Assembly: GCF_007352635.1 (NCBI RefSeq) | Contig: NZ_VKLU01000005.1 | Coordinates: 635,940-699,939 of the forward strand | DNA length: 64,000 bases | DNA from: Corallococcus sp. Z5C101001 | GTDB taxonomy: Bacteria; Myxococcota; Myxococcia; Myxococcales; Myxococcaceae | Reading direction: 5' to 3' | Shown: positions 36,584 through 45,824 of the stretch, in pieces | How the letters are laid out: every line of letters starts with the position of its first letter | How positions within the stretch are numbered: the stretch's first letter is position 1 | Position numbers and translations under genes: made by a program | Notes under the pieces: model-generated | Databases searched by the model: none | What the model was told of the DNA's origin: nothing | The model's input: only the letters and a program-made list of their open reading frames with translations

Positions 36584-37944
36584 GCGCTCGTCTGTCCTTC
36601 CGTCTGGGCCGAAACGCCCGCGTGTGGCAGCCAGGCCACCAGGTCCTGCTTCGCCCGCGCCGAATAGGCCGCGCGCTTGTCCGCCTTCTTCATCCGCCCC
36701 GTCAGCGGCGGGAACAGCCCGTAGATGACGTTGGTGGGCTGGTGCGGATGGTCCGGCGGGTGCGCCTCTCCCGTCAGGTGCCGGTACAGCGAGCCCAGCG
36801 CCGTCGTCGCCGGAGGCGGCACGAACGCGCCTCCCGTCAGTCGCGCGTGGATCGCCAGCGCCACCAGGTAGCCGCATGCAGCGCTCTCCACGTAGCCCTC
36901 CACCCCCGTCACCTGCCCCGCGAAGAACACCCGCCGCTCCGTCTTCAACGACAGGTCCTCCGCCAGCAGGCGGGGCGAGTCGATGAACGTGTTGCGGTGG
37001 ATCTGCCCCATCCGCAGGAACTCCGCATTCTGGAGCCCTGGGATGCACGTGCTGAAGATGCGCTTCTGTTCACCCCACGTCAGACGCGTCTGGAAACCCA
37101 CCATGTTCCACGCCGTCCCCGCCCGGTCCTCCATGCGCAGCTGCACCACCGCGTAGGGATCCATCCCCGTGCGCGGGTCCTTCAGGCCCACGGGCTTCAT
37201 CGGCCCGAAGGCCAGCGTCTCGTCGCCGCGCTCCGCCATCACTTCGATGGGCAGACATCCTTCGAAGTATTTCGGTTCCTCGAAGCTGTGCGGCACGACC
37301 TTCTGGCCCGCCTTCACCTCCTGGACGAAGCGGTGGTACTCCTCCTTCGTCATGGGCAGGTTGAGGTAGTCATCCCCGCCGCCCTTGCCGTAGCGGCTCT
37401 GGCGGAACGCCACCCCCATGTCGATGGAGTCTCCGGACAGGATGGGCGCGATGGAGTCGTAGAAGTAGAGCTTCGTGCCGACGTGACGCTCCAGGTCCTG
37501 GGTGAGCGCCTCCGACGTCAGCGGCCCCGTCGCCACCACCACCACGCCGTCCTCCGGCAGCCGCTCCACCTCCCCCGCCACCATCTCCACCCCCACGCCG
37601 GACTGGAGCCGGGTGGTGATCTCCCGCGAGAAGCCCTCGCGCTCCACCGCCAGCGCGTCACCCGCGGGCACGCGGTGGAGATCCGCGCTGCTGAGCACCA
37701 ACGAGCCCAGCGCACGCAGCTCCGCGTGCAGCAGGCCAATGGCGCTCTCCGGGTTGTCCGACCGCAACGAGTTGCTGCACACCAGCTCCGCGAGCGTGTC
37801 CGACTTATGCGCGGGAGAACGCTTGTGCGGCTTCATCTCCCGCAGCACCACCGGCACGCCGCGCCGCGCGAGCTGGTACGCGCACTCGGTGCCCGCCAGG
37901 CCCCCGCCAATCACCGTCACCCGCTGCTGCTTCACGTCCGACAT
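36580..37944 (-). CDS. trmFO: Methylenetetrahydrofolate--tRNA-(uracil54-C5)-methyltransferase TrmFO (Gid).
   Basis: The FAD-binding N-terminus [21 protein letters not shown] and the conserved segments [11 protein letters not shown] and [20 protein letters not shown] are present. The length (454 aa) is typical. Confidence 0.9.
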   Translation of the reverse strand: MSDVKQQRVTVIGGGLAGTECAYQLARRGVPVVLREMKPHKRSPAHKSDTLAELVCSNSLRSDNPESAIGLLHAELRALGSLVLSSADLHRVPAGDALAVEREGFSREITTRLQSGVGVEMVAGEVERLPEDGVVVVATGPLTSEALTQDLERHVGTKLYFYDSIAPILSGDSIDMGVAFRQSRYGKGGGDDYLNLPMTKEEYHRFVQEVKAGQKVVPHSFEEPKYFEGCLPIEVMAERGDETLAFGPMKPVGLKDPRTGMDPYAVVQLRMEDRAGTAWNMVGFQTRLTWGEQKRIFSTCIPGLQNAEFLRMGQIHRNTFIDSPRLLAEDLSLKTERRVFFAGQVTGVEGYVESAACGYLVALAIHARLTGGAFVPPPATTALGSLYRHLTGEAHPPDHPHQPTNVIYGLFPPLTGRMKKADKRAAYSARAKQDLVAWLPHAGVSAQTEGQTSA

Positions 37945-38178
37945 GCATGCCTCCGGGCCCCGCGGTCCCCGGGTGCCCCAAGAAGGTCCTGTTAGCAGGA
38001 AGGCCGCGCCCTTTCACGCCCGCCCGCCTGCCCTGCGTCCCACCATGCGTGCGGACTGGGAGGTGAGGTTTCCCCACCTGTGTTCGAACCCTAGGTTTCT
38101 CGCGGTCTTCGCTCGGGACGGCACCGCGTCCGGGCAAGCACCCTTCAACCGCGAACCTGGGATGGGAGTCACGCAGCC

Positions 38179-38571
38179 ATGAGCCGAACCGACGACTTGT
38201 TGAAGATCCGGGGCCTGCTTCAGGAACGCCGCCGTTCGACCGAGGCCGCCCAGGCAGGGGCTCGCCGGGAGCTGGCGGCCCTGAAGGACCAGGAGCGCGA
38301 TCCCGAGTACGAGGAGCAGGCGCAAGCGGAGCTGGCGGACTACACGCTCTCCACGCTCATCGAGGCGCAGCGCCGGGAGATCATGCTCATCGACGCGGCG
38401 CTCAGCCGCATGGACAACGACGTGTTCGGCGAGTGCGTGGACTGCGGCAATGAAATCTCGCTGGACCGCCTGGAGGCCATGCCCTTCGCGATCCGCTGCG
38501 AGCAGGACGCCGCCGAGCATGAGCAGGAGACGCGAGAGGCCGCGCGGCACGTCGGCAGCCTGTCCCTCTAG
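38179..38571 (+). CDS. DksA/TraR-family C4 zinc-finger transcription factor.
   Basis: A coiled-coil N-terminus is followed by the C-terminal CVDCGNEISLDRLEAMPFAIRCEQDA four-Cys finger characteristic of the DksA/TraR family. Confidence 0.7.
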   Translation: MSRTDDLLKIRGLLQERRRSTEAAQAGARRELAALKDQERDPEYEEQAQAELADYTLSTLIEAQRREIMLIDAALSRMDNDVFGECVDCGNEISLDRLEAMPFAIRCEQDAAEHEQETREAARHVGSLSL

Positions 38572-38587
38572 CGAAGCCGTCCAGCGC

Positions 38588-38620
38588 TCCCCCGTGCCTC
38601 CATCCCGCGCGGGGGAGCGG
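38588..38620. terminator. Putative bidirectional hairpin between the convergent dksA-like and exbD genes: 9-bp stem GCTCCCCCG/CGGGGGAGC with a 15-nt loop.
   Basis: The inverted repeat is read from the sequence. There is no clear U-tract. Confidence 0.25.
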
Positions 38621-38655
38621 TGTGTCTGGCGCCCGGAAGGGCGCACGCAAGGGGC

Positions 38656-39231
38656 CTACTCCGCGTCGCGCTGGAGCACGATGAAGCGGTAGTTCCGCAG
38701 CTCGTTCTCGCCCGCCGTGTAGAGCACCGTCAGCAGCAGATCATACGGGACCATCTTGTCCGCGATGACCGACAGCTCATGGCTGAACGGGGCGGCCGGG
38801 TTGCGCTCCGCAATGAACTTGAGCTTCTGCACTTCCTTCTTCAGCTGCGCGTCCAGGCCCAGCACCAGGCGCCCCTGGAGCTGGGCCTCCGGGATGCGGC
38901 CATCCTTCAGCCGGACCACCTCGCGCTCCCCCACCAGGATGTTCTTGGGGGTGATGGTGATGGCCACCGTGTCCTTCGGCGTGGCGCGCGTGGAGGACAC
39001 CGGCGGCCGGACGTCCTCGGACGCGGTGATGGCCGCGGAGGACGACGCGAAGGACTTCAGCAGGAACACCAGGATGATGGTCATCATGTCCATCATCGCG
39101 GTGATGTTGAGCTCCTTCACCTCGCTGGCGGCCTCGCGCTCCTTGCGCTTCTTGCGCGTGAGGGCCCGGCGGTAGCGCATGCGCGCGAGCTGCTCGGCTT
39201 CTTCGGCGGTCAGGGGCGCGGGTTCGGACAT
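38656..39231 (-). CDS. ExbD/TolR-family biopolymer transport protein (second of two).
   Basis: The single TM segment LNITAMMDMMTIILVFLL is typical of ExbD/TolR N-termini. Confidence 0.75.
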   Translation of the reverse strand: MSEPAPLTAEEAEQLARMRYRRALTRKKRKEREAASEVKELNITAMMDMMTIILVFLLKSFASSSAAITASEDVRPPVSSTRATPKDTVAITITPKNILVGEREVVRLKDGRIPEAQLQGRLVLGLDAQLKKEVQKLKFIAERNPAAPFSHELSVIADKMVPYDLLLTVLYTAGENELRNYRFIVLQRDAE

Positions 39232-39233
39232 GG

Positions 39234-39758
39234 CTACAGGGCGCTCAGCGTGACGTCGGGGAAGAGCAGCTTGCGCTCGCTGGCGGAGCCCGCCGTCTCA
39301 CGCAGGGCGTCCATCGTCTGGATGAGCGAGTCGTAGGGGATGTCCGGATCCGCCGCGACGATGACCTTCGTCTCCTGCGGGAAGGCGGCCTTGAGCTTCA
39401 CCATCCGCGCGTTGAGCGCGGCGAAGTCCTGCGTGCCGTCCGCCTTCAGCGGCACCGTGGGCGCGCCTCCCTCCGCGGGCGCGGCCTCCGGGCTGTTGCC
39501 CCGGACATAGAGCCCCTTGTGGGAGATGAGCACCGTCAGCATCAGCTTGGGCGCGTCCGCGTCCCCCTGCCCCAGGCCCGCGGCGCCATAGGTGGGCGCG
39601 GACACGTTGAGCGCGCCGAAGGCGGTGAGCCCGGTGATGGACAGCAGCATGAAGATGATGAGGTTCATGAGGATGTCGAGGTACGGGACGATGTTCAGCT
39701 CGCCCCCCTCTTCCTCTTCCATCGGCTTCAGCTTGCGGCGCGAGTGGTGGAACGCCAT
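39234..39758 (-). CDS. ExbD/TolR-family biopolymer transport protein (first of two).
   Basis: The TM segment LNIVPYLDILMNLIIFMLL matches the ExbD/TolR signature. The gene starts 2 nt after the exbD-2 stop region. Confidence 0.75.
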   Translation of the reverse strand: MAFHHSRRKLKPMEEEEGGELNIVPYLDILMNLIIFMLLSITGLTAFGALNVSAPTYGAAGLGQGDADAPKLMLTVLISHKGLYVRGNSPEAAPAEGGAPTVPLKADGTQDFAALNARMVKLKAAFPQETKVIVAADPDIPYDSLIQTMDALRETAGSASERKLLFPDVTLSAL

Positions 39759-39785
39759 GGCGAGCCTCCGCAGTCCGGCCCGGGA

Positions 39786-40541
39786 CTACGACGCCGCGCG
39801 GACGTCGCTGTCCGAGGGGACGACTTCCAGCGAGCCCCGGCGCGACAGCAGGTTCTCCAGCTTCAGGGCCTGGAGCTCCACCTGCTCCACCATGTTCTTC
39901 GCGTAGTTGCTGAAGAACAGGTGCGCCACGATGCAGAGCACCGCGATGGAGAGGCCGAAGCCCGTGTTGTACATGGCCTCCGAGATGCCGTTGGAGAGCA
40001 GCGCCTGCTTCTGCTCCGCCGGCACGTTGCCCAGCGCGCGGAAGGTGCCGATGAGGCCCACGATGGTGCCCACCAGGCCCACCAGCGTCGCGATGTTCGC
40101 GAGCGACCACAGCCACTGCACGCGGCGCGAGACGTGCGGCGTGTGCTCGGCCAGCGCCTCCTCCACCGCCCGGGCCACCTCCAGCTCCCCGCGGTTCGCG
40201 TTGATGAGCCCCGCGCGGATGACGCGCGCCAGCGGCGAGCGCGGCGCCATGCCACAGAACTTCACCGCGCGGTCCAGGTTGCCGCTGCGCACCATCTTGT
40301 GGACCTGTTCGATGAACGCGCTCGCGTTGAGGCGGTAGCGGTAGAGCAGCGTCACCGCGCGCTCCCCCACGACGGCCAGCGAGGCGGCCAGCCAGAACAG
40401 GTTCACGAACATGAACGGGCCGCCGGCCTTGAACGCGCCGACGATGAAGTCCCCCAGGCCTCCAGAAGAGGCATGGCCCGCCGCGGCGGGTGCGGCCTCG
40501 GCCAGCACCACGCGCAGCAACTCGTTCACCGAGGGAATCAT
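39786..40541 (-). CDS. MotA/TolQ/ExbB-family proton-channel protein.
   Basis: Three TM helices are present, with the conserved C-terminal motif region (ATLVGLVGTIVGLIGTF...GISEAMYNTGFGLSIAVLCIV). Confidence 0.8.
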   Translation of the reverse strand: MIPSVNELLRVVLAEAAPAAAGHASSGGLGDFIVGAFKAGGPFMFVNLFWLAASLAVVGERAVTLLYRYRLNASAFIEQVHKMVRSGNLDRAVKFCGMAPRSPLARVIRAGLINANRGELEVARAVEEALAEHTPHVSRRVQWLWSLANIATLVGLVGTIVGLIGTFRALGNVPAEQKQALLSNGISEAMYNTGFGLSIAVLCIVAHLFFSNYAKNMVEQVELQALKLENLLSRRGSLEVVPSDSDVRAAS

Positions 40542-40700
40542 CGCGGACCGCTTCCTTTCGCCGCCCCCGCGCGCACCCCTGCCGGAAACAGGCAGGAGGC
40601 GATCACGGGCCGGGAGTAATCCGGACTTCTAGGACTTCGCCCGCGAGGGTGTCAAGCCAGGGGGAAACAGCCAGCCCCCTGGAATGACTGGGGTTTCCGC

Positions 40701-43289
40701 TCAGGCCACGGCAGGGGGCGGAGAAGCGGGCGCGGCCTCGGCGGCCCCCCCGGGAACGCCCTGCTCCACCACCTCGCGGCGGTAGTCGCATTCCTTGTTC
40801 GGGCACGCGATGTAGGCGCCGTCCCGCTTGGAGAACTTCTGCAAGAGGTAGGGCGACGCGCACTGCGGGCACTGCTCCGCGAGCGGCCGGTCCCACGCGG
40901 CGAACTTGCACTCGGGGTACCGGTTGCAGCCGAAGAAGATCTTCCCGCGTCCGCTGCGGCGCTCGGTGAGGTAGCCCACCTTGCACTCCGGGCAGTTCAC
41001 GCCGATGGAGATGGGCTTGGACGTCTTGCAGTCCGGGTAGCCCGAGCACGCCATGAAGCGCCCGAAGCGGCCGCGCTTGATGACCATGGGCTTGGTGCAC
41101 TTCTCGCACTTCTCGTCCGTGGTCTCCTCCTCCACGATGACGATCTTGCCCTCGGCGTCCCGCTTGAAGTCCTTGGTGTTCTTGCAGTCGGGGTAGTTCG
41201 AGCAGGCGAGGAAGTGACCCATCTTCCCGAACTTGATGACGAACGGGTTGCCGCACTTCTCGCAGGCGATGTCGGTCTTGATCTCCTCGCGCTTGACGTC
41301 GCGCATCTCCGCTTCGGCCTTCTCGAGCGTCTCCTTGAAGGGCCCGTAGAAGTCGTGCAGCACCGTCTTCCAGGACGCGCCGCCGTCCGAAATCTGGTCC
41401 AGCTTCTCCTCCATGCTGGCCGTGAACGTCACGTCCATCTCATGGGGGAAGTGCTTGACCAGCATCTCGTTGGTCATCTGGCCCAGGTCGGTGGGGCGGA
41501 AGCGGCTCTCCAGCTTCTCCACGTACTTCTTGTCCTGGATGTTGGAGAGGATGGCCGCGTACGTGGACGGACGTCCGATGCCGCGCTCCTCCAGCTCCTT
41601 CACCAGCGTGGCCTCGCTGAAGCGCGGGGGCGGCTGGGTGAAGTGCTGCTCGTTGAGGAGCCTGTCCAGCGAGAGGACCTCGCCCTCGTTGAGCGGCGGC
41701 AGCTCACCCACGGCGTCCTCGGCGCCCTCTTCTCCAGCGGCCTTGGCCTTCTCCGCCGCGGCCTCTTCCTCCGGGGTGAGGCCCGCGCCGTAGACCCCCA
41801 GGTAGCCGGGGAACTTCAGCGTGCTGCCGGACGCGCGGAAGGTGGCGCGGCCCGCGGTGATGTCGGCGCTCGTCTGATCATAGACGGCGGCCTTCATCTG
41901 GCAGGCGACGAAGCGGTTCCAGATGAGCTCGTAGAGCCGGAACATGTCCAGCTCGTCCATGGCGTCGAAGAAGGGACGCACGCGCTCGGGCGGATACTCC
42001 AGGGACGTGGGCCGGATGGCCTCGTGCGCGTCCTGGGCGCCCTTGCGGCTCTTGTAGACCATGGGCTCCGCGGGCAGGTAGTCCGCGCCGAACTTCTTCC
42101 CGATGAAGTCGCGCACCTGCGTCACGGCGTCGTCGGACAGACGCGTGGAGTCCGTACGCATGTACGTGATGAGCGCCGTCTGGCCCTCCTCCCCCAGCGG
42201 CACGCCTTCGTACAGCTTCTGCGCCAGCGTCATCGTCTTCTTGGCGGTGAAGTGCAGCCGGTTCGCCGCCTCCTGCTGGAGCTTGGAGGTGATGAAGGGC
42301 GCGGGCGCGTTGCGGCGGCGCTCCTTGCGGTCCACCTTCGCCACGGTGAAGGGCGCGTCCTTCAGCTCCGCGACGAGCCCGTCCGTGGTGGCGCGGTCCT
42401 TCAGCTCCACCCGCTTGCCGTCCACGCGGGACAGCTTGGCCTTGAAGGGCGGCGGCCCCTGCGGGCCCTGCACCAGCGCGTCCAGCGTCCAGTACTCCTC
42501 CGGCTGGAAGGCCTTGATCTCCGCCTCGCGCTCCACGATGAGGCGCACCGCGACGGACTGCACGCGGCCCGCGGACAGGCCCCGGCGGATCTTCTTCCAG
42601 AGCAGCGGCGAGATTTGATAGCCGACGAGCCGGTCCAGGATGCGCCGGGTCTGCTGCGAGTCGTAGTTGTCCTGGTTGAGCTGGCGCGGCTGCGCGATGG
42701 CGTCCTGCACCGCGCGCTTGGTGATCTCGTTGAAGGTCACCCGCAGGGAGTCCGGGTGGCCCAGCTCCTCCTTGATGTGCCAGGCGATGGCCTCGCCCTC
42801 GCGGTCGGGGTCCGTGGCCAGGAACACCCGGTCCACGGTCTTGGCCATCTTCTTCAGCTCGTTGAGCACCTTCTCCTTGCCCTTGATGACCGTGTACTCG
42901 GGCTGGAAGTCGTGCTCCACGTCGACGCCAATCTTGCTCTTGGGCAGGTCCTTCACGTGGCCCACGGAGGCCTTCACCGTGTAGCCGGTGCCCAGGTACT
43001 TCTTGATGGTCTTGGCCTTGGCGGGCGACTCCACCACGACCAGGTAGTGCGGCCCCTTGCCACGGCGCTCGGGCACTTCCTCCTCGGCGTCGGCGTCCAC
43101 GGTGGGCAGCTCATCGCCATCCGCGCCCCGGCGACGGGCGGCCGTCTTCTTCTTGGCCGACACCTTCTTCGCCGCCGTCTTCTTCTTGGCCGCCTTCTTG
43201 GCCGCCGGCTTCTTCGAGGCCGCCTTCTTGGGCGTCTCCTCCGCCGCCGCCTCCGTCTGCGCCGCCTGTGTCTTCTTCCGCGTGGCCAT
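40701..43289 (-). CDS. topA: DNA topoisomerase I with a Lys/Ala-rich N-terminal extension and C-terminal Cys4 zinc ribbons.
   Basis: The Toprim region is YLVVVESPAKAKTIKKYLG. The active-site region sits around ...LYEGV..ITYMRTDS and multiple CxxC...CxxC ribbons (CEKCGNPF, CSNYPDC, CEKCTKPM, CSGYPDC, CPECKVG, CNRYPEC, CPQCASP) follow. Confidence 0.9.
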   Translation of the reverse strand: MATRKKTQAAQTEAAAEETPKKAASKKPAAKKAAKKKTAAKKVSAKKKTAARRRGADGDELPTVDADAEEEVPERRGKGPHYLVVVESPAKAKTIKKYLGTGYTVKASVGHVKDLPKSKIGVDVEHDFQPEYTVIKGKEKVLNELKKMAKTVDRVFLATDPDREGEAIAWHIKEELGHPDSLRVTFNEITKRAVQDAIAQPRQLNQDNYDSQQTRRILDRLVGYQISPLLWKKIRRGLSAGRVQSVAVRLIVEREAEIKAFQPEEYWTLDALVQGPQGPPPFKAKLSRVDGKRVELKDRATTDGLVAELKDAPFTVAKVDRKERRRNAPAPFITSKLQQEAANRLHFTAKKTMTLAQKLYEGVPLGEEGQTALITYMRTDSTRLSDDAVTQVRDFIGKKFGADYLPAEPMVYKSRKGAQDAHEAIRPTSLEYPPERVRPFFDAMDELDMFRLYELIWNRFVACQMKAAVYDQTSADITAGRATFRASGSTLKFPGYLGVYGAGLTPEEEAAAEKAKAAGEEGAEDAVGELPPLNEGEVLSLDRLLNEQHFTQPPPRFSEATLVKELEERGIGRPSTYAAILSNIQDKKYVEKLESRFRPTDLGQMTNEMLVKHFPHEMDVTFTASMEEKLDQISDGGASWKTVLHDFYGPFKETLEKAEAEMRDVKREEIKTDIACEKCGNPFVIKFGKMGHFLACSNYPDCKNTKDFKRDAEGKIVIVEEETTDEKCEKCTKPMVIKRGRFGRFMACSGYPDCKTSKPISIGVNCPECKVGYLTERRSGRGKIFFGCNRYPECKFAAWDRPLAEQCPQCASPYLLQKFSKRDGAYIACPNKECDYRREVVEQGVPGGAAEAAPASPPPAVA

Positions 43290-43312
43290 GGCTCTCCTAC
43301 CTCGGACTGCCT

Positions 43313-44443
43313 CTAAACCTTCTCGTACCGTTTACCCGGGTGCTGGACCACCAGCCCCGACAATTCCAACTCCACCAGTGCGCTCGTGAGCGCCGCGGGG
43401 GACAGCGGACTGCCGGCGAGCACCTCGTCGAATGAACGAGGAACCCTGTCCAACAGCCCATACGCCCCGCGCGCTTCCGCCGACAGGGCCTGCCACCACC
43501 CACCATCCCGTCCCGCGGGCACCGCCCGGACCGGATGAACGCCCACCGCCGCGCAAACCGCTTCCGCCGACGTGCACGCCTGGGCCCGCCCGTCCGCCAG
43601 CAGGGCGTTACAGCCCGCCGCCGCCGGCTGCCAGAGCTCCCCCGGCAGGGCGAAGACCGGGCGCCCCTGCGTCCGGGCCGCCTCCGCGGTGTAGAGGCTC
43701 CCGGAGTCGTGCGCGGCCCGCATCACCAGCACCGCATCCGACGCGCCAGCGATGAGCCGGTTGCGCCGGGGGAACGTCGTCGTGCTCGCCCGCACGCCGG
43801 GGGGCAGCTCGCTGAAGAACACCCCTCCCCGCTCCAGGAAGTGGGGGAGCAGGCGGGCTTGAGCCGGGTCCAGGGCGTCCAGCGCCGACCCCAGGAAGGC
43901 CCACGTCTCCCCCCCCACATCCAGCGCGCCCCAGTGGCACGCCCGGTCCACGCCCTCGGCCGCGCCCGACACCACGCCCACGCCAGCCTCCGCCACCTTC
44001 CGGGCGAACGTGCGAGCGAACGGCAGGAAGCCCTGGTCCGGATGGCGGCTGCCCACCATGCCCAGACGCCGCCGGGGCGGCCCTGGCTGGCCCCGGTGGA
44101 ACAGCAGCGGCGGCGCGTCCTCCAGGCCCACGAGCCGGGCCGGATGGGCAGGCGTCCCCGCGAAGGCCACCTGGATGTCCGCGCGGGCGCAGGCCGCTTC
44201 CACCCGCGAGGCCACCTCGTCCAGGGATGCGACGGTGGCGAGCCGCTGGCGGACGGGGGCGGGCACCGGCACGTCGGACACCCAGTCCCGCACGGGCGCG
44301 GACGCGAGCCGGGACAGCGCCCCACCGGCGAACGCACGCACCCCGTCCAGCGTCCGGGGCCCCAGGCCAGGAATGGCCCAGAGCGCCAGGCAGGCACGCT
44401 GTTCGACTGTGGGTGTGTACGTGTCCGTGTGCGCCATGCCCAT
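43313..44443 (-). CDS. dprA: DNA processing protein DprA (Smf).
   Basis: The Rossmann-like DprA core GMVGSRHPDQGFLPFARTFARKVAEAGVGVVSGAAEGVDRACHWGAL...PRRNRLIAGASDAVLVMRAAHDSGSLYTAEAARTQGRPVFALPG is present. I chose the ATG at about 44443 (MGMAHTD, with AGGCGGGG upstream) over the GTG at 44494. The gene lies 23 nt upstream of topA. Confidence 0.8.
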   Translation of the reverse strand: MGMAHTDTYTPTVEQRACLALWAIPGLGPRTLDGVRAFAGGALSRLASAPVRDWVSDVPVPAPVRQRLATVASLDEVASRVEAACARADIQVAFAGTPAHPARLVGLEDAPPLLFHRGQPGPPRRRLGMVGSRHPDQGFLPFARTFARKVAEAGVGVVSGAAEGVDRACHWGALDVGGETWAFLGSALDALDPAQARLLPHFLERGGVFFSELPPGVRASTTTFPRRNRLIAGASDAVLVMRAAHDSGSLYTAEAARTQGRPVFALPGELWQPAAAGCNALLADGRAQACTSAEAVCAAVGVHPVRAVPAGRDGGWWQALSAEARGAYGLLDRVPRSFDEVLAGSPLSPAALTSALVELELSGLVVQHPGKRYEKV

Positions 44444-44582
44444 CCCCGCCTGTTTCCCACCTATATAGAGGTGGTCCCGGGAGGGGCGTGACACATAACA
44501 CCGGAACTTCGGGGGTCAAGCGACCCGCCCTTCCCGGGCGGGTCGAATGCATCATTCCTGCCGGTCGCGGCCGTCCTTCCGG

Positions 44583-45815
44583 CTAGCGGCTGGCGGTGGG
44601 GGTCCCATCCTTGCGCATGACGGCGCGGTCTCCCGCGGAGACCTCCACCAGGGAGCGGGTCAGCAGGCAGTTGGAGGTGCGCTCACGCACCTCGGTGACC
44701 ATGCACTGGGCCACGGCCTCCCACGGGTAGGCCTTCTGCTCCTTGCCCGCGTCGCCCATCTTGTAGTCGGTGCGGCCGAGCACGTCGCGGCTGGGGTCGC
44801 CCCGGCGCTCGATGGTGAAGGTGTTGCCCACCTGCACGCCGTCCGCGGTGCCACGGTCCACGACGACGAAGTGGTGCTCGCCCAGCAGCGTCTGGCCCGG
44901 CGTCATCGGCGTCAGCACGTAGCCGGGGATCTCCTTGCTGTTGGGCTTGGGGGCGATCCGCTCCGACAGCCGCTCGCTGGACGGGCCCACCAGGTCGCCA
45001 CGGGCGATGGGGTCCCAGGTCTCCATGATGCGCGCGGTCACCACGTCGTTGTTGACGGCGACGACCTGCACCGTGCCCAGCAGCTCCGTGAGGAACCCCG
45101 TGCGGGCGTTCGTCACCGGGTGCTTCACCTCTTCCACGGTGTGGAAGATGACGTAGCGGTCGCCGACCTTGGCGGCGCCGCGCTTCTTGAAGCGCAGGTA
45201 GACCTTGTCCGGGGCGGACAGCATCAGCGCCTCGGAGGCCGAGCCGTCGATGCGGCCCGCCTCGTCCAGCTCCCGCGCCGTCACGAAGCCCTTGGTCGTC
45301 ACCGGGCGCGTGCTGGATGGGTCGTAGCCGATCTTCCCCACCACCGACACGAGGCTGCCGCCGCTCACGTCCTGGGGCGCCGTCATGTCGTCCGCGGGCA
45401 GCTCACCGGCCTCCACGCGCGAGGGCACTTCCTCGCCGCCGGGGAAGAACTTCACGTTGTTGCCCGGGTAGATCCAGTGCGGGTTGGCGATCTGCGGGTT
45501 GTAGGACCAGACCTTGGGCCAGTACCAGGGGCTGCCCAGGTAGCGCTGGGACAGGTCCCACAGCGTGTCGCCGGACTCCACGGTGTGCACCTGACCGGGC
45601 GCGCTCTCACGGCCCTGACGGGCGCCGGGCGGGAGCGTGACGGAGGTGGGCCGCTGCTCCACGTCGTCGGAGATGTCCTGGCCCTCCGTCTCACTGGCCG
45701 GCTGCGGTTCCTCCTCTTGCGCGTCCTGGGCATGGGCCGTCCACGCCGGCGCGACGGCGAGGGGCACGAGCAGGGAGGCAAGGATCCGGGTGCGCATCGG
45801 ACGACGTCCTTTCAC
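44583..45815 (-). CDS. Secreted LysM-domain peptidoglycan-binding protein.
   Basis: A signal peptide (MRTRILASLLVPLAVAPAWTAHA) is followed by the LysM domain HTVESGDTLWDLSQRYLGSPWYWPKVWSYNPQIANPHWIYPGNNVKF. Confidence 0.65.
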   Translation of the reverse strand: MKGRRPMRTRILASLLVPLAVAPAWTAHAQDAQEEEPQPASETEGQDISDDVEQRPTSVTLPPGARQGRESAPGQVHTVESGDTLWDLSQRYLGSPWYWPKVWSYNPQIANPHWIYPGNNVKFFPGGEEVPSRVEAGELPADDMTAPQDVSGGSLVSVVGKIGYDPSSTRPVTTKGFVTARELDEAGRIDGSASEALMLSAPDKVYLRFKKRGAAKVGDRYVIFHTVEEVKHPVTNARTGFLTELLGTVQVVAVNNDVVTARIMETWDPIARGDLVGPSSERLSERIAPKPNSKEIPGYVLTPMTPGQTLLGEHHFVVVDRGTADGVQVGNTFTIERRGDPSRDVLGRTDYKMGDAGKEQKAYPWEAVAQCMVTEVRERTSNCLLTRSLVEVSAGDRAVMRKDGTPTASR

Positions 45816-45824
45816 GAAAGGGGC

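Noticed and set aside
38070-38100. tRNA-like GTTCGAACC motif (T-loop-like) in the trmFO/dksA divergent intergenic region.
   Set aside because: The flanking sequence cannot form a 5-bp T-stem with a 7-nt loop. The best pairing gives a 4-bp stem with a 13-nt loop. No acceptor stem or anticodon arm is present. The sequence is more likely promoter or leader.
40650-40675. Hairpin CCAGGGGG-N10-CCCCCTGG just downstream of the topA stop, considered as an intrinsic terminator.
   Set aside because: No U-tract follows the stem on the transcribed (minus) strand, and it sits in the exbB promoter region. It could be an attenuator or chance GC palindrome. Evidence is insufficient to annotate it.
40603-41256. 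217-aa minus-strand ORF overlapping the 3' end of topA in another frame.
   Set aside because: It falls entirely within or adjacent to the topA zinc-ribbon coding region, whose frame shows seven conserved CxxC pairs. The alternative frame gives an Arg/Gly/His-rich, non-conserved-looking product.
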